Positions 1 through 10,900 of a stretch of 64,000 nucleotides of DNA are shown here, piece after piece. Numbering within the stretch: the stretch's first letter is position 1; the number at the start of each line of letters is the position of its first letter. The notes below the pieces were generated by a model. The model searched no databases, was not told the origin of the DNA, and worked only from the letters and a program-made list of their open reading frames with translations. The translations under genes and the position numbers were made by a program. Origin of the DNA: Antedon mediterranea (taxonomy: Eukaryota; Animalia; Echinodermata); NCBI RefSeq assembly GCF_964355755.1, contig NC_092671.1:19964001-20028000 (forward strand), in the 5' to 3' direction.

Positions 1-2
1 GT

Positions 3-128
3 GATACGTCGTTTCCCAATCCTGCATTTGCTACTAGTCAAAAGTCTCTGTTGCCGAGTGGCGGCAGACATCACTGTGAAACGAATCCATACATAAAAGT
101 ATCTTTTCCAAAGGCAATTCAACCTTAG
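3..128 (+). CDS. possible last coding exon of a convergent plus-strand gene (truncated by window start)
   Basis: Open frame DTSFPNPAFATSQKSLLPSGGRHHCETNPYIKVSFPKAIQP* with GC above the flanks; AATAAA at 241-246; no start or acceptor visible. Confidence 0.3.
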   Translation, partial: DTSFPNPAFATSQKSLLPSGGRHHCETNPYIKVSFPKAIQP

Positions 129-1814
129 TAAACGGTAATGTTCATAGAAATATAGTAGAATGTACTAAAGCATTTGGTAATTTTTCATCATTGATTACCA
201 TGTTTTTATTTTTATTTACATTATTTTAATAATCTTAAACAATAAACATGTTTAAATTAAATTTTACCATGACTTAATGATTGATCTTTATACGATATTG
301 AGTTATCAAAAAATTATAGCAATAATGTAATCAGTATTTTTAGTACCATACAATATACATAATTAATGTACCGTATTCTGTAAGTGGCAAAAATGATTTG
401 AATAATAAAAAAGTATTATAATTCCGACACAAAACAACAATTTATGTTTTTTTTTACATATTAAAATAACAAACCAGAAGACAGTCATTTGTATAAAATC
501 TAATGGTTTTATTCTATGTATACAAATCGACAAAACAAAATATGTTCATATAATTATCAAAATGTTCTTCTATGAGGTTGAATAGTATCGATATATTCTT
601 TACACTTCAATATTGGTTGTTGGATACAACAATGTTACAGCATCAACAAGGAAATAGGTTATCAACCACGTTGAAATAATACAGCGTGGTACTATTTATG
701 GGATAGGATAATTACATATTCTCATTCCCGATGTGTTATTTCATTTTTTTAAATCGTATTTTTTTTTCAACTTTTCGACGCTTCACAATTATTATCATAT
801 TATAGCATAGCATAGGGTGATTCATTAAAATCGTTATGCACATAAGCAAATATGTACACAGCAAGTAGAAAACATATAACGTTTTACATTTTATATTGTC
901 ATAATATAAACTCTTTGAAAGTATAACAATCATTTGAATCGATTCTACACTGTGACCGTTTTCAACATACAGTAACTATCCTCAACACAAGGCTCATATT
1001 TCTGGTTTCAATTTTTGTCTAGAATATTAATGAAATGCAGTTAAATTTGATTTTACAATATAGGGTTGTAGGGGTACAGGGGACCTGACCTAGCCTAATG
1101 TACTATCTAATATGACTCGAAAATACAATTGAAATCTCATTGGTCTAGGTAAAAATGTCGTGCACAAAATTAAGTCGAACTCCCTTCATTCATTTAAGCA
1201 TTATTGCTGTATTCACTTTTGTAAAATGTAGTGTATAATTTTACTATTGTTAAGGAAATTCATATTAAATTGAGTCAGGTTTACCAATATCAAATTATAG
1301 ATTTACAAATCTCTTAAATTGTTCTTTTGTTTTTGTTACAACTGTATTATGCCTAACTGCATTACTTCTTTTTATTATACTTTCCCAGATTTGGTCAACA
1401 GTAAACATCACTGGCTTTTAATCTTAAATTTAATAGTTAGAGCACTAGAATAATTTTTGAAATTCTTAAAAATGCTTCCGAAATGTAATATTTACACTAG
1501 ATCAGTATTCGCAATAGCATTTTAGGCATAACTAATAATACACACTTTTATTAAAGTCAATGCTAATGTTCATTTCTAAAGTAACTAAATAAACATGAAG
1601 CTTAACATGGTAATTATCTATAACTTGACTATAGATCAGTCAGTTTGCGAAACGAAATTTTGCTCCACAAACTATATTTTAAATGTAATGCTATCTTATT
1701 TTAGAATTGATTGCTAAAAGCTATTGGATTTTGAAAACTTTTACAATTTGCAGCAATTTTCCATAAACCTTAATGATATTTAAACAGCTGCTGACAATGA
1801 ATTTCGATTGATAT

Positions 1815-1947
1815 CTATACTCTACATTCTAACTGATCATTTTCAGCAAGACTGCTTTTTGGTGTTTTTACTGTTCCAATTGTACGTGTTGTTATCCATA
1901 GGTCGTCTGATTTATTGTCGAATGAATAATCTCTCTCTTTTTTAGAT
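1815..1947 (-). CDS. Gene A exon 14: cytoplasmic tail and stop
   Basis: Acceptor ataaag|; reads (K)[43 protein letters not shown]; phase 2 matches the TM exon. Confidence 0.75.
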
Positions 1948-4900
1948 CTTTATACAGCAGCGAATAAAAAGAAAAAAAGAAAGTGTTTTAAACCTAAACG
2001 CATGTCATACAAACTTAATAAATAGGCTATACTGTTATTTATTAAAAATTACTGAAATGAGGGTCTGTGAACAGTACTAACGGTATAAATAAACTATAGT
2101 ATTATAAGGACTACTTTACAGGTAAATGTGTATTTGAGATTGGTAGTTTTTATGTTTCATTGTTATTGATAAGTGAAATTACACGTGGTATGTACGTGTT
2201 ACTCATTTCATTTTGGAACTTAAAAATATAATGTTGAATAAACTAGTCTATTGCCCATTACACACTCATTTAAGTTTGTTTTAAATAGAAATTAAGAATA
2301 AAATGTTATATGTTAATGATGGAAATCCGTATAATAATACAATATTCATTTCCATAATATACACTTACTTTGTACGGGAGCAGCAAATGACTATTAGAAA
2401 AATCGTTACGATTACCCCGGATAATGCAGCGCCCCCTAAAATCCATACCAGGTAAACTTCAAACCAGTTCTAAAAATGAGATCAACGTTAACTTTATATA
2501 CTGAATAATCGAGCAATAACAATAATTATATCATGGAAAGGTTATAAAACTGTAATTAAAAATAATAAAAAGCAACCCAATAAATAATATACATATATAG
2601 AATGAGCGCTTTCAGTCAAATACTGTATGTGTTGATTGTACTGTGGGGTCCATGAAAAGTGTCCCAAATCAAGAGTTTTATTAATTTTAAGTTTACTCCA
2701 ATTTACGTATAACAACATTAAAATATATAAAGAAATTCATTATTGAGTATTTACTTAAAAGTTTACTCAAATGTACGTATTACAACATTACAATATATAG
2801 GGCCTAAAATTAAATTACTCGAAGAAAGAACACAACTGGTAATAGGATAGTAACCTGTCTTTCTGGTTGTGCGCTGTAAATTGGATATGGCATCATTATT
2901 TGTAGTTCTTCCATCGGCACCAGATCAATTATCTCCTCGATATCTTCTCCGCTAATAAATGAATCATTAATGTGTACAACAAACACAATCGTCGTCACTA
3001 GTTTGCTGTGAAAAGCATATTATAATCCTGATTTATTGCAACAATGGATGTTTGATTAATGAATACGGTACTTATGCAAAGTAATTACGAGGATGAGGAA
3101 GAGTACAATTTCAATATGGTACAACCTTTCATGTAAATATTTGTGTAAAACTACTTTTATAATCGTCATGGTTTTAAACCATGGTTCCTCGAATAAAAAG
3201 TTGTATAATCAAAACCAATAGATTTAGAAGAGATGATTTGGATTTTTGTTTCAGCTTGTGTTGAAATTCGTACTACCTATAGTTATCAGCGCTATGCGGA
3301 TCACTTAGAAATAAATCATTGTACGTCATGTAGTAAAATGAATTAGCTATACATTATTTCATTTAGATTTAAACAATCACTTTGGACAATTTGATGAAAA
3401 TACAGACTCACGCAATATTAACATCTGTTGTAGGGATTTCAAAACACTCAACCCTTACACCGTCATTAACAATTTCATTCATTATGATCTTGAAAAAACT
3501 AGATTCAAGTGAACTTAAATCTAAATTACGTCCTTCAAACAACATTGATAGTCCATCGGTTCGGGAATCTGCAAAAATAAGAACATTTTTTAATATCATT
3601 ATATTAACAAAATATTTTTACACGATCCTTACAGTACTTATTGTAATTTCTTTCTTCTTCGTAGTAACCCACATAAGGATGTTATAGTTATTGTTACAGT
3701 GTTAAAAAATGTTTTGGCATTTATGGAATTTACCATATTATTTAAATCAATAATTAACAAATCGATGACCTACATTAAAAAATTACTTGAAATTAGTATT
3801 TTTATTATACAAACCAATAGAACAAGTTAGCCCAGCAAAATGTTGTGCACAATCGCAGTCAAAGCTGTTAATTCTATCTAAACACCTCCCTTGGTTATTA
3901 CATGGTTGACTGAAACACTCGTTTATATTATTCTCACAGTTGAAACCATCAAAACCATCTTGGCATGCGCACTCGTAACTATTGATATAATCTCTGCATA
4001 CGCCGTTGTTTTGACATGGCTTAGATATACATTCATTTATTTCATCGACACATGTAATTCCTGTAAAACCGGGTGTACAAATACATTCAATCATGTTGAT
4101 TGAGTCCTGGCATGTCGAGTTGTTTTGACAGGGGGAACTATCACATTCGTTTATGTTTATTTCACAATTGCGCCCCCTGTAACCCGGTGGACAAGTACAC
4201 TCATAGTTCGCTATCATGTCTGTACACTCACCATTGTTTTGGCATGGTAAACTAAAGCAATCGTTAATATCATTTTCACAAATAGTCCCGTTGTATCCAG
4301 ATACGCAATGGCAGTTATACGAATTCGCAAGATTATAACAAGTGCCATTATTTAAACAAGGACTACTCAGGCACTCGTTAATATCACTTGCGCATTGCGT
4401 ACCCTGGTATCCATCTGCGCACTCACATGAAAACTTATTTATCAGGTCATTGCACGTAGCGCCATTTTTGCAGGGTGAGCTTATGCATTCATTAATATCT
4501 ATATCACATGTTTTGCCATTATATCCGCGTTCACATTCGCAAACATAGGAATTGATATGGTCGATACAAGTTGATGCCTGTTTACATGGTGCACTTGCAC
4601 ATTCGTCAATGTCGACCTCACAGTTATTTCCCGTAAAGCCATTCTTACAACGACACTTGTACTTATTTATTCTGTCAACACACAATCCATTGTTTTTACA
4701 AGGTTCGCTGTGACATTCGTTGATATCAATTTCACATTCTGTTCCATCAAAACCGTTTTGGCAATTACAAGTATAACCTGCTACTGAATCTTGACATGTG
4801 CCATTATTTTTGCAGGGAGAACTATTACACTCATCCACGTTGATCTCGCAACGAGTACCAGTAAATCCTTCCGTGCATGTGCATTGATACCTGTTGACAT

Positions 4901-7900
4901 AATCTGTACATACACCTAAGTTTTGACATGGATTAGACAAACATTCATTTATATTTATTTCACAATTTGGACCAGAATATCCATCTACGCATGAACATGT
5001 ATACATAGCAATCAGATCACTGCAAGTCGCATTATTCAAACATGGGTTGCTAATGCATTCATTTATCTCATTTTCACACAGCGTTCCATAGTAACCTTCT
5101 GTACATTGACAGCTGTATTTAGCAACTTCATCTATACATATTGCTGAATTTGTACATGGGTTACTTTCACACTCGTTAATTTCTAAAGCACAGGATTCGC
5201 CTTGATATCCCGTGGCACACGTACACGTGTAGTTGTCAATTCCATCGATACAAGAGCCATTATTTAAACATGGTGCACTTGCACACTCATCAATGTTCTC
5301 GTCGCAAAAAACACCAGCATAGCCGTCTACACATGTGCAGGTATACGCTCCAATCACATCTTTACAAGAACCTCCGTTTTTACACGGTGAACTTTGACAT
5401 TCGTCAATATTCTCTTCACAAGTACTTCCTGAAAATCCGTTTGCGCATATGCATGTGTACTGTGCAATCATGTCATTACATGTACCGTAATTTTGGCATG
5501 GTTGTGAAGCACATTCATCAATATTCGTTTGACAGGAGGGTCCAATAAAACCATCAGCGCACTCGCACTTGAAGTCTGCTACCAAGTCAATACACCTTGC
5601 TCCATTCTGACAAGAAAAAGTGTTACAATCGTCATCATTTACATCGCAACGTTCTCCGGAATATCCTTCCTGACATTTACAAATAAACGCATTCAGTCCA
5701 TCAACACATGTGCCGAAAATACACGGAGACCGCAGACATTCATTGATATTACTTTCACAGGTCACTCCTTCGTATCCCGGAAAACAATCACATTCGTACG
5801 AATTAACCAAATCTTTACAAGTTGCACCATTAAAACAAGGATCACTGGAACACTCGTTGATTTCTGTTGAACATGTATTTCCAATAAAACCATCTGAACA
5901 TGTGCAAACATAACCATTGATTTCATCTTTGCAAATTCCTGAATTTTTACACGGTTTGTATTTAGTACATTCGTCGATATTGATTTCACATAATATCCCT
6001 TTAAAAAAATAATTACGAAAATTATTTGTTTCGTTAAAGAATAAACACTTTTTAATAGCATGCTCTGTGTGTAAATTTGAGAAAATGACGATTATCATCA
6101 AACATATTCTTGCGTAAGTGATTTGAAAATCCTTACATATCAGGCCTATTATAATTGCACATGAATTACATTTATGACACGACACGATGTGACATAGACG
6201 CAGACCAGACCATAGACCAGAACCACTGATTTCACTGAGCACTGTCGTACACGGACAACTGGAACTATGTATACCACTGCACTAGTAGTTTGTCTGTCTG
6301 TCACAACCCTGCCTGTCATTTTACATCAAATCTTTTTTTTAAAGAACATTGGTATCGAAATTGTCACCACACTGATAACGAATGGTTTATTAGTTCATAA
6401 TTACATGTTTCTACTAATTGTGGTGCAGTTGATATGATAATTTTCTTACTTACCTTCAAACCCTGCTGGGCAGTCACATGAAAAACTATTGATTAAATCA
6501 GAACATGTGGCCCCATTTTTACATGGTGAGCTTAAACATTCATCAATATTTTCAGAACATAGCATTCCTAAAGAAATAAACAAAGTATAAAACTGTTAAA
6601 GAGTATAAAATAATAGTCCATAGTTCTTTTAAATGAATAATGCTTAAAGGTATATTGTTACCCTGAAACGTATATATATATTTTTTTGTTTTGAATTTAC
6701 CATTTCAATGTCACATAATACAAAATTGGATAGAAAAAAAAATTATTTACCTAAAAAAAAAATAGTTGCATTGACTGGAAATCAATGCGGTTTTGGAATT
6801 TAGGCTTAACCGTTTATTTTGTCTGTTTGTAGCCTAAGTGAAGACATTTTTTTTAATAGTTTTTCATTCTACGGAGGTGATTAACCTAAATCTGTTATTT
6901 TTCTTAATTGTTTATGTTTTTGTGGGACACTACACCTTTAATGTTTACCATCAGAGTTATAACTTTATGTAATATAATTTTAACTTTTTACTATATACAA
7001 TTACCTGTATAGCCAGAAAAACATGAACATGAAAATGAATTCGGTTGATCTACGCATCTACCCAAACCACAAGGTGAGCTCTGGCACTCATCTATGTCAC
7101 TTTCACAATTAAAACCTGGAAAATATTGCGTATTGAACAGAAATCAATTCCAATTAGTAGGTCACAACCAATCAATCCACCGGTAAATCAATCCATAGCT
7201 AAGCTTGTTATTTTTATTGCTTCACTTTATTGTAAAGCAATTATTATCATTGACAAAATAACATGAAATAAGAACAAAGGAAGTTTGTTTTGAAGTTGAA
7301 ACATAACATGATATTGTAAAGAAACTATACTGATATGTACCTTTGAATCCTGCAGTACATAAACATGTATATTGGTCTTTGCCATCTTCGCATCGTCCTC
7401 CATTTAAACAAGGGTCACTTCTACATTCGTTGACTTCCTGATCACAAACTGAACCTGCATAAACACAATCAAAATACATAACCATTTCATGTTGGCCTAC
7501 ATTATGCTATATTATATTTTTTCTTTATGAACTTATTTTAAAGAACACGTCCGCATTGACTATTTTGGATGAGGACGATGAGAATATTGAATTGCTGATA
7601 AAACAACTTATTTTCTGGCTTATTTATACTCTAACATCGACTGAATTGGTAAGCCAACAGCCAAACTCAGACGCCGCCAGGCAAGACAAAACCATACTAA
7701 TTATTCATTGGTTTTGGAGACAAATTGTGAAAAGCGTAATGTTGCAAGACAAGTCACGCTATAATAAAGGGAGGAGAATTTAACTGCGATGCTAAATTGA
7801 CCATTTGCTCTAGATTCCTTTATAGTATGTTATCGTATCATATTTATACAACATACCATTTTAACATAAATTGCACTATTCTTAAGTTGGTGAACGTCTA

Positions 7901-10900
7901 TCATATATCTAAGTGCCATGGTATGCATTTTTTTGTATTGTTGCTCACGGGCTTCAGAATTTACTTCCATTTTGTATCCGCTGTGCCATAAACACAACAT
8001 TTGCAGGAATTAGGCCTAGTTCGTTTCCTTTAGAACGCCGTCGGAATTTTGTTGTCATGTTATAATCATGTGAATATTGAGTCGGTAAACCATTGTACGT
8101 GTTTACTGGTGTCAGTATTATATATGTACAGGTTTCCTTCAATCAAGGACCCATCGAGATAAAGACCCCCTCTATTCATAAACAACTCGAAATATTATTT
8201 ATGCATATCTCAATAGTGATTATTAAATAAACTAAAGTATGAGATATTCGCTTAGGCAATAATTAATTGTCCTTTCTAAACGATATGATTTAGCAAACTC
8301 AAGCCAATGTATTGATCATACTAGAGAAGTGTATATCAAAACATGCATTTTTATATTTTTCATATTCAGTTATCAATATAATGTCTATACAATTTGAATT
8401 TTCCTTTTTTTTCAGCTACGACACCATGGTTTTTTAAACACATGTAATTTGTTTGATCATTTTTACAAATATTACGGAAGTTTATTTGGAGTGAATGTAG
8501 ATTATACCTGTATAGCCGAACGGACATGCGCAGTTGAAGGAATTGATGAGGTCTTCACATGTGCCGCCATTAAGACATGGGTCACTTTCACATTCATTCA
8601 CATTTATTTCACATATTGAACCTACAGTATACAAAATAGGATAGGATTATGAGTTATTGAAAGGCGATCTTTACCATGATCATGCTACAAACGTATGCAG
8701 AAAAAAGGTAAATTCTTAGGCTAAAAGCTAATCTAATTTAATCATATATAAAGTATTTCCACCTTTATACATATTTTACTACTTTTATTAATTTGAAGTA
8801 TTTATAATTGCGAAAGATTCCAGGAGGACGAATGTATGACGAAGTACCGGGTTGCACAACGGAGCGGAAACTCCCTTTTGATGAAAAAGGCAATCAAAGA
8901 AACATTTCCAATGTAACATTAAATTATTATTACTTTAAAAAAAAACACATATAGTTGCAATAATAATAATAACAATGATAATCGTATTAGTTCCTTAACT
9001 CTTATTTAATACAAGATATGTATTCGTTTCAGGTTTGATTAATCAAAAGATGTAAGCAGCTGTTTAATATATTAAACGAAAACATAATTTACAAGCATTC
9101 AATTACAAGAAATAAAAGCTGCGTAAAACAATACCAAGCACTTACAGGCATGTCACATTTAATTAGTAAAGGGCTAGCAGAAAGACAATTGATTCACATA
9201 CGCAAGAACAGAAAAATAAAGGTATTATAATCACTGTGAGTGTAATGAGTTACATTCGTTGTGGTGAATGAAGAACCAAAACTTGTAATATATAATAGAC
9301 CATTTAAGTTAGAGCATGATTCAGCAGACGCTTGGTGCTGTTCATAATTCTATCAGATGCAAAAAATCAAAATAATATTTTTGGAAGTAGAATTCAAACT
9401 ATAAACAATTTTTCTGTACGTAAGTAGTATAATGCAATTGTTATGTAAATGTATAGTGTACTGACATTGACATTAACTATTAGTTTATCTGATCATTTAA
9501 AGCAGCACATTGTTGTATTGTATTGTATCGCGTGTCGGCGGCGGGAATATTATGAGGTCAAAATATGACACGAGTACAGTTCACACATGGCCTGAAATAC
9601 AAGGGGTTCTGTGCGTACCAATGTGCTTTAATATTCTCAGTTGCATAATTAAGACTTGGCTAGTTACAATGTATAAAATGTGTTATATATGTTCTGACAC
9701 CAATCATTAGGTTTCTAATGTGAAGCGATTAATGATCCTTAATTGCTAATAAGCGTTGTTGATATAAAAGCTAAACATTCAAAGCTATAAGAATAGTAGT
9801 GGCCATTATTTTTATATAATATAATAGTATTTCCAAAGTCAACCATACATTTTATTAGCAAACAGAATGCTTGGTTAGCCTATAAACATGTTATTTTTTT
9901 TTTATTTGACAACGGCCAACTTAAACTTAAATGAACATTGAGCTGTGGTTTATTTTTATAATAATGCGCATAACATGGAGTCCAATGTGAACAATTACAT
10001 GCAAGGCCAATTACATGGAAACGAACTACAAAAATGACATTATGTCTATCATGCAGTTATCACCTTTGAACCCAGAAAAACACTCAGGTCCGTTGGTCCC
10101 ACATATATAACGACTCTGACCCTTAGAAGCATCGCAGAATTGTTCGCAGTTTCTTCCGTAATAACCAGGATCACATGTTATACTCAATTCCACAGTAGTG
10201 CTGCAATTTATATTCATGAAAATATATATTCAGTAATTGGTTTCTTTTGCTGACCCATTACGGGAACTGATTAATTAGCCTAATTAAAATTAATGACAGG
10301 CGCAATTGATAATTTACATAAATTTATGGTTGCAATAAATTTGTATCTTTTATAGCTACCCAAGGCCATCATCAATAAATGTATATAAAAAATCTGAATC
10401 TTGTGTCAATACGAATGTTACAATATGCTATGATAATGATGATTCCTATACATTATAATGCTTAAACTACGGTAATAATAATAAACATAAGATCAAACGT
10501 AGACTCAGTTAGTGAATATATTTAAAAATGATTCAACCAATCTGTTAACTGAAACAAAACAGCCCATGTTATCTCTAATGTTCCTGGTACGAAAAAAATA
10601 CTATAAGCCACTGATACGCACAGCATTCTCATATTTTGGTCAGTAATTTCTCTTTGGATTTATATTATTTAATATAATTCTATCTATATAATTACCAATA
10701 CTTACCGGTGGTCAAAACCTAAATTAGAATCATATTATTTTACTACGTTTATCTAATTATGGTATCTATAGTTGTATGCATAAAAAAGATACTACATTAC
10801 TTTGATACGCGGCCCTTCAACGTATGAGTCTGTTTTAACTGATTAATAGGAAGAATTATTTGCTGTAAGAAGTGGTCGACGAGATCTGGATCATCCTTGC

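Noticed and set aside
3891-6061. Antisense and alternate-frame ORFs over the EGF exon
   Set aside because: Shadows of the repetitive Cys-rich coding frame.
5999-6242. N-terminal 80 aa of the 819-aa ORF as a real protein start
   Set aside because: It is intron sequence that happens to be open; the acceptor at 5999-6000 and upstream phase-1 EGF exons explain the frame.
3815-8621. Calling gene A Notch, Crumbs or fibropellin
   Set aside because: No LNR/ankyrin, laminin-G, CUB or avidin domains; the N-terminus is MNNL/C2-DSL.
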